Shown one piece after another: positions 29,704 to 40,192 of a DNA stretch of 64,000 nt; within the stretch, counting starts at the first letter, position 1; each line of letters begins with the position of its first letter. The stretch lies in IMG/VR virus record IMGVR_UViG_3300027749_000044. The stretch is one strand, 5' to 3'. A model generated the notes under the pieces. It ran no database searches, was not told the origin of the DNA, and was given only the letters and a program-made list of their open reading frames with translations. Source of the DNA: a virus. A program made the translations under genes and the position numbers.

Positions 29704-29873
29704 CTTTTGAAGACTGGTTTGATGGCGAAGAAGGTTTTGGATTCAGGTCAGAAAGATTTTTTGACGGCCTTCCTACATTAACCGAAAGTGAATCGAAATA
29801 TATTATCTTATGGCTAAAAACTGCATATGGTCAAGGCGTCTTAGACGGATTCGATCTCGGTCGAAAAAAATAG
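29700..29873 (+). CDS. small phage protein (57 aa)
   Basis: Manual translation MTFEDWFDGEEGFGFRSERFFD... Confidence 0.6.
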   Translation: MTFEDWFDGEEGFGFRSERFFDGLPTLTESESKYIILWLKTAYGQGVLDGFDLGRKK

Positions 29874-29923
29874 GTTGCCATTCCTTCCAGACCACGTATG
29901 GTGGGATCAAATGAGAGGTCAAA

Positions 29924-31063
29924 ATGTTTCCTGAAATTAATCATATCGACGACGTTTTGTCGGCTATCAAAGCCCGGGATGAATTTATCGTAGCCGAGAG
30001 AGAAGGCTATAAGGTGGTCAATTATATGGTCGCCTTGCAAGATACTTTTCCTGATCGCATCCATAAGGATGCAGGGATCCTTCGCGAGCTGCGAGGTATT
30101 ATTTTTTGTTCGGAAACCGGCAAGATTTTGGCTCGTCGCCTTCATAAGTTTTTTAACGTAAATGAACGGGATGAAACCAAGCTGTCTGCTTTGCCATGGC
30201 ATGAAGAGTTTTATGTTATGGATAAGCTTGACGGTTCCATGATCACTCCTATCAAGATCGGCGACCATATCCGATGGGGTACGAAGATGGGCGTAACTGG
30301 TGTTTCAATGCAGGCCGAAGAATTCGTGGCCACTAGGCCGGAATATCAAGATTTGGCAAAGTTTCTGATTTCGATCAATTGCACACCAATTTTTGAGTGG
30401 TGTTCGAACCAGCAGAGAATTGTAATTAATCATCCAGAAGACAACCTGATACTACTTCACATTCGAGAAAATGTGACAGGTAAGTATTGGCCAAGACAAA
30501 ATGTAGAAAGATTGGCTTCTTTCCGTAGTATTCCTACTGTCAAAACTTGGTCTTCCCTTGATTATAGTTCTTCAGAACTTTTGGAATATATTCGCAATCT
30601 TGAAGACGCCGAAGGTGTTGTTATTCAATTCCATAATGGCGACATGGTCAAAATGAAATCTGATTGGTATGTCCGGATTCATCGTGCCAAGGACAAAATT
30701 TCTGATGACCGACGGACCCTCGAATGCATTTTAGAAAACGAAATCGATGACCTGTTGCCTATTCTTCCTGACGAAGATGTAGACAGAATCCGGGCCCTCG
30801 AAAGAAATTTTCTTGGTGCAGTTGCGAAATCTACAGAAATTGTCATGTTCGAACTGAAAAGTATGAGGGTCGATAATGTTACCCGTAAAATGTTCGCCCT
30901 GGATAATAAGTTTAATCCTGCCATTCGTGCGGCCATTTTCAAGTTTTGGGATGAACAAACTCTTCTTAAATCTGAAGTGTCTCAATTTTTTATCGACCTG
31001 GTAAAAAAGAATATGACATCTGGTGCCAAATTTGACGAAATTAGAAAGACGATTGGATTTTAA
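29924..31063 (+). CDS. rnlA: RNA ligase 1 (RnlA-like)
   Basis: RELRGIIF, KFFN..E, KLDGS motif I, EGVV, KMKSDWY; promoter TTGCCA-16-TATGGT at 29875. Confidence 0.92.
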   Translation: MFPEINHIDDVLSAIKARDEFIVAEREGYKVVNYMVALQDTFPDRIHKDAGILRELRGIIFCSETGKILARRLHKFFNVNERDETKLSALPWHEEFYVMDKLDGSMITPIKIGDHIRWGTKMGVTGVSMQAEEFVATRPEYQDLAKFLISINCTPIFEWCSNQQRIVINHPEDNLILLHIRENVTGKYWPRQNVERLASFRSIPTVKTWSSLDYSSSELLEYIRNLEDAEGVVIQFHNGDMVKMKSDWYVRIHRAKDKISDDRRTLECILENEIDDLLPILPDEDVDRIRALERNFLGAVAKSTEIVMFELKSMRVDNVTRKMFALDNKFNPAIRAAIFKFWDEQTLLKSEVSQFFIDLVKKNMTSGAKFDEIRKTIGF

Positions 31064-31065
31064 TT

Positions 31066-31527
31066 ATGCCTAAGTTGATCATGTTAGTTGGTATTCCTGG
31101 TTCGGGTAAGTCGACCTGGAGAAAGTTGCATCACGACAATTTTATTGTTTTGAGCACAGATGATTACATTGATAGGGTTGCCATGAGCAATTCCATCTCA
31201 TATACTGAGGCATTCAAAGATGCCATCGGTCGTGCAACAACCGCCATGGAAAATAGTATTAAGGATGCATTGTCAGCAAAGATGAATGTCATCTTTGACC
31301 AAACTAACGTAACCAGAAAGACTCGGGCCAAAAAGCTTAAGCCTTTCTTGGATGCTGGATATAAATGTGATGCATATTACTTTGAATCCAAGTTTTCATT
31401 GGAACAAGTGAATGAATTGCGGACAGATAAAATTATCCCGTCGCACATTTATTACAATATGTTGCACGACCTTGAAATACCTTCTGTTGAAGAAGGTTTT
31501 GATTATGTTTATCATGTGAGATATTAA
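31066..31527 (+). CDS. polynucleotide 5'-kinase (PseT kinase domain only)
   Basis: GIPGSGKST, STDD, DQTN....R. Confidence 0.8.
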   Translation: MPKLIMLVGIPGSGKSTWRKLHHDNFIVLSTDDYIDRVAMSNSISYTEAFKDAIGRATTAMENSIKDALSAKMNVIFDQTNVTRKTRAKKLKPFLDAGYKCDAYYFESKFSLEQVNELRTDKIIPSHIYYNMLHDLEIPSVEEGFDYVYHVRY

Positions 31528-31536
31528 GGAGATAAA

Positions 31537-32490
31537 ATGACTGTAACAATTTCGAACGCAGATGAATTTCTGTGGGTAGAAAAGTATCGTCCTAAAACCA
31601 TTGAAGAAACTATTCTCCCGGAAAGTCTAAAAGCTACTTTCCGGGAATTTGTTCTCCAGAAGAATGTGCCAAATTTGATTTTGGCTGGTGGTGCCGGCAT
31701 CGGTAAGACCACTGTCGCGAGGGCCCTATTGGAAGAAATCGGGTGTGATTATATTATCATTAACGCATCCATGGATAACGGCATCGATGTTCTTAGAACG
31801 CATATTAAGAATTATGCATCGACCGTATCGTTCAAGGGCGGGCGTAAGTATATTATTCTAGACGAAGCCGACCATTTGAGCCATGCAGTTCAACCGGCCT
31901 TGCGTAATTTCATGGAAGAATTTTCCAAGAATTGCGGATTTATTCTGACCTGTAATTTCAAGAACAGAATTATTTCGCCTCTACATTCACGGTGTTCGGT
32001 TATTGATTTTAACTTCAATAAAAAAGAATTGGCTGTTATCGCAGCCAAGTTTTTGAATCGTGTATGTGAGATTTTAGTATTAGAAAAAATCGAATATGAC
32101 AAAGCCTCGGTTGCGTCATTGATTACATCATATTATCCTGATTGGCGCAGAGTCATCAATGAACTACAAAGATATTCTGCGAATGGCAGAATTGACAGTG
32201 GTGTTTTGGCGTCACTGAGCGACGAATCGATTGAAACTCTGATAAAGTTTATGAAGAACAAAGATTTTATCAGTGTGCGCCGATGGATTGCTGAAAATCC
32301 ACAAGATAATCCTTCTGCTCTATTTAAGAATATTTACGACCGGCTTGGTTTGTTTTTGACACCCAGATCGATTCCTCAAATTGTTCTGCATATTGCACAG
32401 TATGAATATCAGTCTGCTTTTGTGGTAAATCAAGATATCAATACTGCCGCGGCACTTCTTCAAATTATGCATGATGCAGAATATCTATGA
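31537..32490 (+). CDS. gp44: clamp loader large subunit gp44
   Basis: LWVEKYRP, G.GKTT, DEAD, SRC. Confidence 0.95.
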   Translation: MTVTISNADEFLWVEKYRPKTIEETILPESLKATFREFVLQKNVPNLILAGGAGIGKTTVARALLEEIGCDYIIINASMDNGIDVLRTHIKNYASTVSFKGGRKYIILDEADHLSHAVQPALRNFMEEFSKNCGFILTCNFKNRIISPLHSRCSVIDFNFNKKELAVIAAKFLNRVCEILVLEKIEYDKASVASLITSYYPDWRRVINELQRYSANGRIDSGVLASLSDESIETLIKFMKNKDFISVRRWIAENPQDNPSALFKNIYDRLGLFLTPRSIPQIVLHIAQYEYQSAFVVNQDINTAAALLQIMHDAEYL

Positions 32491-32954
32491 TCAATACATT
32501 ATTTGGGGAAGAAAAACAAAAGGTCGAAATACAAGAAACAGCAAAAGTTGAAAAGGCTAAGCCATGGGATTATACGAATGCGATCTATCAACATAAGCAT
32601 TTAATCAATGAATCTGTAGATACTGAGGCAGCCGAAAAAGAATATAATGCATATTTTACAAATCAACATTTTTCTTTTTTCGTTGGTACAGTATTTTATG
32701 CTAATGAAATGAATAGAAATTATAATATATCGAAGAAAATGCAATTCGATTATTATTTCAATTCTATACGTAAACAAAGACCTAACTTCATTAAACTACC
32801 CAAACGCGAACAACCAGAGTCTATTGACTCGGTAAAAGAATTCTATAAATACAACGACAAGCGCGCACAAGAGGCACTGTCTCTTTTGACCGATGATCAA
32901 ATTGTAACTATAGAAAAAAAGCTCGCAAAGGGTGGAGTAAGAAATGGACGATGA
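32487..32954 (+). CDS. gp62: clamp loader small subunit gp62
   Basis: ANEMN, QFDY..NSIRK, A.EAL.LLT; synteny. Confidence 0.88.
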   Translation: MINTLFGEEKQKVEIQETAKVEKAKPWDYTNAIYQHKHLINESVDTEAAEKEYNAYFTNQHFSFFVGTVFYANEMNRNYNISKKMQFDYYFNSIRKQRPNFIKLPKREQPESIDSVKEFYKYNDKRAQEALSLLTDDQIVTIEKKLAKGGVRNGR

Positions 32955-33360
32955 TTTATTCAGTGGAGTTGGTGTAGAAGTCACCCTTAATGACCGTGAT
33001 GCGTTTCTCAAGGTAAAAGAAACATTGACGCGAATTGGCGTTGCATCCAAAAAAAGCAAAACGTTATATCAATCTTGCCATATTTTACATAAGCAAGGCA
33101 GATATGTAATTTTGCATTTTAAAGAACTTTTCATTCTCGACGGCAAAGATTCTGATTTTTCAGAAAATGACGTCGCCCGTAGAAATACAATTGTAAAACT
33201 TTTATCTGAATGGGGTCTAGTGAATATCATTGATCCTATAGAAGATGATGAGCCAATTGCCCCTATTTCTCAAATTAAAATTCTTCCGTACAAAGAAAAA
33301 CCAGATTGGGAATTGATCGCAAAATATCAAATTTCAGGTGGTGACAAATCAAAAAGGTAA
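32944..33360 (+). CDS. regA: translational repressor RegA
   Basis: FLKVKETLTRIGVAS, LYQSCHILHKQGRY.I.HFKELF. Confidence 0.96.
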   Translation: MDDDLFSGVGVEVTLNDRDAFLKVKETLTRIGVASKKSKTLYQSCHILHKQGRYVILHFKELFILDGKDSDFSENDVARRNTIVKLLSEWGLVNIIDPIEDDEPIAPISQIKILPYKEKPDWELIAKYQISGGDKSKR

Positions 33361-33366
33361 TATATT

Positions 33367-33747
33367 ATGTCAAATTTTGAAAAAGTAAAAACCTTTCATG
33401 CTATTTTTGGACAAAAAGATCCTACAGAAGCAACTTGGCCTTCGAAAGAAGTAATTAAGTTGCGTATTGCTCTTATTGTCGAAGAGTTAAATGAACTAAA
33501 GGATGCAATTAAAGATAAAGATATGATTGAAGTCGCCGATGCACTTACTGATATCTTATATGTGACTTATGGTGCCGCGGCCACATTTGGAATTAATATT
33601 GATGAATGTTTTTCTGAAGTACATAGATCAAACATGAGCAAACTTCAGCCAGATGGCACAGTAAAACGCAGAGAAGATGGTAAAATCCAAAAAGGTGAAA
33701 ATTATTCTCCTCCAGATCTTAAGCCAATCGTATATCCAGTAAAATAA
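33367..33747 (+). CDS. MazG/PRA-PH-like nucleotide pyrophosphohydrolase
   Basis: EELNEL, EVADALTDILYV.YG, EVH.SNMSK. Confidence 0.85.
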   Translation: MSNFEKVKTFHAIFGQKDPTEATWPSKEVIKLRIALIVEELNELKDAIKDKDMIEVADALTDILYVTYGAAATFGINIDECFSEVHRSNMSKLQPDGTVKRREDGKIQKGENYSPPDLKPIVYPVK

Positions 33748-33755
33748 AACTTCGC

Positions 33756-33784
33756 TTGACAACTTTTAAGGGTTGTGCTATAGT
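33756..33784 (+). promoter_or_regulatory. sigma70-type promoter for gp43
   Basis: TTGACA-17 nt-TATAGT. Confidence 0.75.
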
Positions 33785-33809
33785 ATATTATGTTTTTAGC
33801 GGAGGATAA

Positions 33810-36302
33810 ATGGCGAAGTTTTATACAGAAGTAAATATTCGTGGAAATACAATTTTTGTTCGCGGCTATGATAATGGTAAAAGAGTCCAACGGAGAGTAG
33901 ATTACAAACCATATTTGTTTGTCTCCACAAAAAATTCTTCGGCTGAATATCGGTCACTCGACGGACACAAAGCCGATAAGATCGATTTTGATAATATCAA
34001 AGAAGCCAAAAATTTCATAAAAAGTTATTCTGGTGTTGAGGGAATGACCATTTATGGTCTTACTTCATTCCTTTATGCATATCTTAATGATGAGTATCCA
34101 GGCGAAGTCCAGTATGACCTGGATATGATCCGTAAGTTGGGTCTTGATATCGAATGTGCGCCCGAAGAAGGCGAAGATCATGGTTTTCCTGATATCCAGT
34201 TAGCTAACCAACCGATCACAGCAATCACATGTTCACTCAAAGGTAAGATGATGACCTTTGGGCTTAAGCCATATAAGGTAACTGATTCTAATGTTACTTA
34301 TAAAAAATGTGCTGATGAACGGCAACTATTGTTGGAGTTTATTGGATATTGGGAAAATGTAGATCCAGATATCGTCACAGGATGGAATATTGAATTTTTC
34401 GATATTCCATATCTTATTAATCGTATTAAACGAATTCTTGGTGAAGATTATGCCAAACGCCTAAGCCCTTGGAGGATGCTAGAAGAAAAATTGATTGAAA
34501 TCCAAGGCAAGGAACAACAGACTTTCCGGCCCATGGGTGTTTCTGTACTTGATTATCTCCGTGTCTATAAGCAATTCACATATGTACAACAAGAAAGCTA
34601 TAAGCTCGAAAACATTGCATTTGTTGAATTGGGTGAACATAAGCTTGATTATTCTGAATATGATAATCTTACTGAGTTTTATCGAAAAGATCACCAAAAG
34701 TATATCGATTATAACATTCACGACGTACGTCTGATCGATATGCTTGAAGAGAAGCTAGGTCTACTTGATCTCGGCTTGACTCTTTCTTATGATGCCAAGA
34801 TCACATATGATGATATGTTCACCAGCATTCGTCTATGGGATATCATCATTCATAATTATCTTCTTGATCAAAAGATTGTCATTCCTATGCCAAGTGGGTA
34901 TAAAAAGGATGATAAATTTGAAGGTGCATATGTACGCGAACCTAGAGTTGGTATGCACAAGTGGGTTGCCACTTTCGACGTGAATAGTCTATATCCGAGT
35001 TTGATCGTACAGAATAACATGTCTCCTGAAACTTTCCGGGGCAAAGTAAAAATGCCGGATGTTGATGAACTATTGAAAGGCAATATTGACGAACGCTTAT
35101 GGAACAAACTACATGATGCCGACTATGCTCTATCGGCAAATGGGGCACTTTGGGATAAGTCAGAACAAGGTATCTTTCCTAAACTAGTTCTGAAAATGTA
35201 CGATGAACGCAAAGCATATCAAGCAAAGTTGAAAGAAGCAAAACAAAAGAATAGTAAGGATATCTCTAGATATCATAATCTACAATTGGTCAAAAAGATT
35301 GTTCTTAACAGTTTGTTCGGCGCAACCGGTCACCCAGCATTTCGTTATTATCAAAATGACTATGCTGAAGGCATCACGATCCATGGCAAGCTTGCTATTC
35401 AGTGGGTTGCGCAAGATATCGATGCGTATTTGAATAAGATTCTAAAAACAGAAGGCAAGCAATATGTTGTTTATTGTGATACCGATTCTGTATTTGTTAC
35501 ATTAGACGTAGTTGTAAATATGACGGGGCTTACAAATACTCCCGAGATTGTGGATTTTGTTGCTCATTTTTGCGAAGACAAGTTAGAAAAAATCATAGAA
35601 AAATCATTTGAAAACTTGAAGAATTATACAAATTCTTACGTAAATCAAATGAAAATGAAGCGAGAAAATATCGCTGATACTTCGATCTTCCTTGCGAAGA
35701 AGAAGTATATCATGAATGTTTGGGACAGTGAAGGCTTTAGATACGAAACACCAAAACTTTACATCAAGGGCGTAGAAGCCGTTAGGTCTTCAACTCCAGC
35801 ATCATGTCGCGAAAAACTCAAAGAGAGTATGAAGATCATTATGTTGGGGTCAAACCAAAAATTGATCGATTATATTGATGGTTTCCGGGAAAAATTCAAG
35901 AAAATGCCATATGAAGATATTGCGTTTCCACGAGGAGTAAATGGTATCTCAAAATATTCGTCTGGAACTTCACAGAAACTTTATACTGACGGAACTCCTA
36001 TTCACGTACGAGGAACGATTGTATACAACCATCTATTGAAAAAAAATAAACTTGACGCAAAATATCCAACAATCAAAGAGGGCGAAAAAATTAAGTTTTG
36101 TTATATGAAATTACCAAATACATTCCAGGAAGATGTAATTTCATCTCCTGGTGATCTTCCTCATGAATTGAATATTCATAGATTTATTGATTTTGATACC
36201 CAATTCGATAAAGCATTTCTTGCTCCAATTAAGAATATTACAGATGCGATTGGATGGAAAACAGAGAACATTTCCACCCTTGAGTCATTTTTCGAAGACT
36301 AA
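33810..36302 (+). CDS. gp43: family B DNA polymerase gp43
   Basis: DIEC exo I, GWN..FFD, YNI.DV, DVNSLYPS, K...NSLFG, YCDTDS, KKKY. Confidence 0.97.
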   Translation: MAKFYTEVNIRGNTIFVRGYDNGKRVQRRVDYKPYLFVSTKNSSAEYRSLDGHKADKIDFDNIKEAKNFIKSYSGVEGMTIYGLTSFLYAYLNDEYPGEVQYDLDMIRKLGLDIECAPEEGEDHGFPDIQLANQPITAITCSLKGKMMTFGLKPYKVTDSNVTYKKCADERQLLLEFIGYWENVDPDIVTGWNIEFFDIPYLINRIKRILGEDYAKRLSPWRMLEEKLIEIQGKEQQTFRPMGVSVLDYLRVYKQFTYVQQESYKLENIAFVELGEHKLDYSEYDNLTEFYRKDHQKYIDYNIHDVRLIDMLEEKLGLLDLGLTLSYDAKITYDDMFTSIRLWDIIIHNYLLDQKIVIPMPSGYKKDDKFEGAYVREPRVGMHKWVATFDVNSLYPSLIVQNNMSPETFRGKVKMPDVDELLKGNIDERLWNKLHDADYALSANGALWDKSEQGIFPKLVLKMYDERKAYQAKLKEAKQKNSKDISRYHNLQLVKKIVLNSLFGATGHPAFRYYQNDYAEGITIHGKLAIQWVAQDIDAYLNKILKTEGKQYVVYCDTDSVFVTLDVVVNMTGLTNTPEIVDFVAHFCEDKLEKIIEKSFENLKNYTNSYVNQMKMKRENIADTSIFLAKKKYIMNVWDSEGFRYETPKLYIKGVEAVRSSTPASCREKLKESMKIIMLGSNQKLIDYIDGFREKFKKMPYEDIAFPRGVNGISKYSSGTSQKLYTDGTPIHVRGTIVYNHLLKKNKLDAKYPTIKEGEKIKFCYMKLPNTFQEDVISSPGDLPHELNIHRFIDFDTQFDKAFLAPIKNITDAIGWKTENISTLESFFED

Positions 36303-36357
36303 ATACGTATGCTGGGGTAGTTCCCCAGGATAAATCAATCAACAAAAGGAACTAACC

Positions 36358-37395
36358 ATGTCATTACTCGACCGTCTATCTGGCGCAGGCTCAATCAAGC
36401 AGGCCCATGTACTAGCATCTTCTCCATTTTTCGGAGAAAAAGAACAAGCCTCTACCGGCATTCCCATTATCGATACTGCACTTTCTGGCCACCTCGACGG
36501 AGGCCTCGCGGCCGGACTTACTTTCCTTGCCGGACCATCAAAGCACTTCAAGTCACTACTAGGCCTAATCATGGTTGCTGCTTATATGAAAAAGCATCCA
36601 GATGCCGTATGTTTGTTTTATGACTCTGAATTTGGTATTACTCCTGATTATATCGAAGCAAATGGTATCGATACTTCAAGAGTTATTCATATTCCTATCG
36701 AACATCTCGAACAACTTAAATTCGATATTTCGAAGCGTCTAGACGAAATTAAAAAAGGCGATAAAGTAATTATTTTTATTGACTCGGTTGGTAATTTGGC
36801 TTCGAAGAAAGAAGTCGAAGACGCAATGGATGAAAAATCAGTTGCTGATATGTCCCGCGCCAAAGTCATGAAATCACTTTGGAGAATTGTCACTCCACAT
36901 TTGACTATCAAAGATATTCCTTGTATTGCAATTAATCACACCTATCAGACTATGGAAATGTATTCAAAGTCGATTATGTCTGGTGGAACCGGCGGCATGT
37001 ATTCCGCAAACCAAGTTTTCATTATTGGTAAAGCACAAGAAAAAGATGGCAAAGAACTTTTAGGTTGGAACTTTACGATCAATATCGAAAAGTCTAGGTT
37101 TGTAAAAGAAAAGTCAAAATTTACTTTTCAAATTACTTACGATAAAGGCATCGCTCGGTATTCTGGTCTATTGGATTTAGGTCTAGAAGCTGGATTCGTA
37201 ACAAAGCCAAAGCAAGGTTGGTATTGCTCGGTCGATCCTGAAACGGGCGAAGTTTCGAAAAACTATCGCGAAGCTGATCTGATGACAAATAAAGAATTTT
37301 GGGAACCTATTCTTGCCAATCCTGATTTCCAAAAATTTGTTACTGACAAGTTTAGTGTTTCTGGTGGAACTTTGATTCAGGATGACGAAGAATAA
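36358..37395 (+). CDS. uvsX: RecA-like recombinase UvsX
   Basis: AGPSKHFKS, FYDSEFG, DSVGNLAS, KSRFVKE. Confidence 0.95.
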   Translation: MSLLDRLSGAGSIKQAHVLASSPFFGEKEQASTGIPIIDTALSGHLDGGLAAGLTFLAGPSKHFKSLLGLIMVAAYMKKHPDAVCLFYDSEFGITPDYIEANGIDTSRVIHIPIEHLEQLKFDISKRLDEIKKGDKVIIFIDSVGNLASKKEVEDAMDEKSVADMSRAKVMKSLWRIVTPHLTIKDIPCIAINHTYQTMEMYSKSIMSGGTGGMYSANQVFIIGKAQEKDGKELLGWNFTINIEKSRFVKEKSKFTFQITYDKGIARYSGLLDLGLEAGFVTKPKQGWYCSVDPETGEVSKNYREADLMTNKEFWEPILANPDFQKFVTDKFSVSGGTLIQDDEE

Positions 37396-37449
37396 CTATT
37401 GACATTCGCCTAATTTAGTCGTACACTGACAAGATAATAGGAGAAAATT

Positions 37450-38883
37450 ATGTCAATAGAAAATACAATCCTATCAGCCCTTCTTTTTGATAAAGAATAC
37501 GCACGAAAAGTACTTCCTTTCGTTAAAGAAGATTATTTCGACGAATCCGAACACAAAGTTATTTTTGGACTGATCGATGCCTATACTGAAAAATATGGTG
37601 TGCCTCCTTCGAAGGAGGCACTTTCCATTGACCTCGAAAATAAATCAGGTCTCAATGAATCGACGTTCAAAGATGCGAACATATTAATCGACGAATTAAA
37701 TCATGATCCTCTGACAAATAAAGACTGGTTGTTAGAAAATACAGAACAATTCTGTCAGCAACAAGCAATTAAAAATGCACTCATGGAAAGTATTGCAATC
37801 CATGGCGGCAAAGATAAGACACGGGATAAAGGATCTATTCCTACGATTTTAACCGAAGCTCTTGCTGTTTCTTTTGATAGTAATGTCGGACATGACTTCA
37901 TTGAAAATTTTGAAGACAGATATGATTTTTATCATAAAAAAGAAACAAAGATTCCGTTTGATTTGGATTGGTTCAATCGTGTAACGCGAGGTGGAGTGCC
38001 TCGCAAGACGTTGAACATTATCCTTGCTTCCACTGGCGTAGGTAAGACCATGTGTATGACACATATGGCATCAGCTAATTTATTGGAAGGATATAATGTA
38101 CTTTATATTACTATGGAAATGGCAGAAGAAAGAATCGCCGAGCGGATCGATGCCAATTTGATGAACATTGCTGTCGATGAACTTGCCGAATTGCCTCGCG
38201 ATTCTTATGAAAAAAAGATCGCAAAAGTAAAAAATAAAGTAAAAGGCAAATTGATCATCAAGGAATATCCTACCGGAGCAGGCTCTACTGCACATTTTCG
38301 GCATCTTATTCAGGAATTAAAGATTAAAAAGAATTTTGTTCCTGATATTATTTACATCGACTACCTAAATATTTGTGCATCTTCAAGGATGAAGATGGGC
38401 AGTAGTATTAATAGCTATACATTCGTGAAGTCTATTGCCGAAGAAATAAGAGGGTTGGCTGTTGAAACAAAAACCGCAATATTCACAGCCACCCAATCGA
38501 ACAGAGATGGATATGCGTCAAGCGATGTTGACCTCGCAAACACCTCGGAAAGCTTCGGGGTCCCTGCTACTGCTGATTTTATGTTTGCACTTATTTCAAC
38601 AGAAGAACTAGAAGAAATGAATCAACTTTTAGTTAAGATCCTCAAAAATAGATATGCCGAAACTGGCAAAAAATTTATTGTCGGTATAGACCGATCAAAA
38701 ATGCAATTTTTCGATGCTGATGATTCTGCACAAGATGACTTGCACGATGATACACCTAAACGTAAAGGCAAAAAGAAATCTGATGCCGTAATGGACAATA
38801 CTGGATTTGGCGAGCGCATCGAAGAAGAAACAACTTTTAATTGGAAATCAAAAAAGAAAGATTTTTCTGATTTTATGGCTTGA
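37450..38883 (+). CDS. gp41: replicative helicase gp41
   Basis: TGVGKT, EMAEE.IAERIDAN, DYLNIC, ATQSNR, SESFG.PATAD; promoter TTGACA-17-TACACT at 37399. Confidence 0.96.
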   Translation: MSIENTILSALLFDKEYARKVLPFVKEDYFDESEHKVIFGLIDAYTEKYGVPPSKEALSIDLENKSGLNESTFKDANILIDELNHDPLTNKDWLLENTEQFCQQQAIKNALMESIAIHGGKDKTRDKGSIPTILTEALAVSFDSNVGHDFIENFEDRYDFYHKKETKIPFDLDWFNRVTRGGVPRKTLNIILASTGVGKTMCMTHMASANLLEGYNVLYITMEMAEERIAERIDANLMNIAVDELAELPRDSYEKKIAKVKNKVKGKLIIKEYPTGAGSTAHFRHLIQELKIKKNFVPDIIYIDYLNICASSRMKMGSSINSYTFVKSIAEEIRGLAVETKTAIFTATQSNRDGYASSDVDLANTSESFGVPATADFMFALISTEELEEMNQLLVKILKNRYAETGKKFIVGIDRSKMQFFDADDSAQDDLHDDTPKRKGKKKSDAVMDNTGFGERIEEETTFNWKSKKKDFSDFMA

Positions 38884-38931
38884 CATATGTCCTTTACCTG
38901 CTATCATGACATATAATCATAGGATAAAATA

Positions 38932-40185
38932 ATGGATATAGAAAAAGCATGGGAAGAATGGCTGGAACATAATCCACCTGAGTCCTATAATGAAATTGAC
39001 GAAAAACAATTAACCGAAAATATCATCCGAGATTTATCAAACGTATCTCGGATGTCGGTTGGGGAATATACTCTTTATCAAAAGTGGGAAGAAATTCATT
39101 TCAAATACCAAACAGAAGTAAAACAAACTTTGTTTGGTGAAGAATTGGTTATGTCTGATCATGATCAATGGCTTGAAATCCAAAAAACAAAAAAGAACAT
39201 TTGGATTCCTGAGTCTCCAGATGATTATGTCAAACTCAAGCCTGTATTAGAATTTACTGGTGATGGCAATCTATCAGAACGATGGAATACTATTCGTACG
39301 TTCACTTCAACTATGAAAAACAATAGTAACATTGGCCGAAATCTTAATTTCATCGTTAAAGATGAAGTAACAGATAAGTATCTCGGTGTCATTTGCATCA
39401 GTTCAGATTTCCTGGATCTTACACCCAGAGACCAATATATTGGATGGGATCGATATAATAAGACTCAAGGCAAGATGGTTGGGCACACAGCTATTGGCTC
39501 AACTATTGTGCCATTGCAGCCGCTTGGATATAACTATACTGGCGGCAAACTATTGGCTCTTATGTGTCTTTCAGATACTATTCAGAATCTTTGGAAAGAA
39601 AAATATGGCGATGTATTGGTTGGCGTAACAACAACCTCACTTTATGGCAAAGATAAGAAAGACGGACTGAGCCAATACGATAATCTCGACCATTGGTTAA
39701 AAATGGGATTCACCGCTGGCTCGGTTTCATATGAACCATTGCGCGAAACAAGATTGCAGATTATTGATTGGCTAAAAAAGAATCATACACGAAAATATTT
39801 CGAATGGTATGTGGCCAAAAAAGATTCGGGACAACCATATAAAAGAGATCACAAGAATAGGTCATTGACTTTTGCTTATTCTAAACTTGGTGTTCCTAAA
39901 AATTTGATCAAATCAGAACATGCTCGTGGAATATATTTTAGCCCTCTTTATGATAACACAAAAGAATTTCTGTGTTCGCAAATCAAAGAAGATGAATTGG
40001 TCAAGTCATTTGATACATCCGAACATGCACTTGGTGAATTATGGAAACAAAATCACGCCCGCGGTCGTATTGGATTCTTAAAAAAGAAAAATAAAGTCAG
40101 TACAGATACGTTATTTTATGACGATCTTATTATGTTATCTTGGAATGAATGTAAGGAAAAATATCTTGGACAAGTTGGACGCTAA
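38932..40185 (+). CDS. DUF4338-like (DruA-related) protein
   Basis: IGRNL.F.V.D...KYLG.I...SD...L.PRD..IGW, QPLGYN..GGKLLA, TTTSLYG; promoter TTGACA-16-TATCAT at 38880. Confidence 0.65.
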   Translation: MDIEKAWEEWLEHNPPESYNEIDEKQLTENIIRDLSNVSRMSVGEYTLYQKWEEIHFKYQTEVKQTLFGEELVMSDHDQWLEIQKTKKNIWIPESPDDYVKLKPVLEFTGDGNLSERWNTIRTFTSTMKNNSNIGRNLNFIVKDEVTDKYLGVICISSDFLDLTPRDQYIGWDRYNKTQGKMVGHTAIGSTIVPLQPLGYNYTGGKLLALMCLSDTIQNLWKEKYGDVLVGVTTTSLYGKDKKDGLSQYDNLDHWLKMGFTAGSVSYEPLRETRLQIIDWLKKNHTRKYFEWYVAKKDSGQPYKRDHKNRSLTFAYSKLGVPKNLIKSEHARGIYFSPLYDNTKEFLCSQIKEDELVKSFDTSEHALGELWKQNHARGRIGFLKKKNKVSTDTLFYDDLIMLSWNECKEKYLGQVGR

Positions 40186-40192
40186 TCTGTTG

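Noticed and set aside
36298-36330. Hairpin CTGGGG-tagtt-CCCCAG after gp43 as an ncRNA or terminator
   Set aside because: Only a 6-bp stem with no T-tail; most simply a 5' stabilising or processing stem after the late promoter ACTAAATA for uvsX
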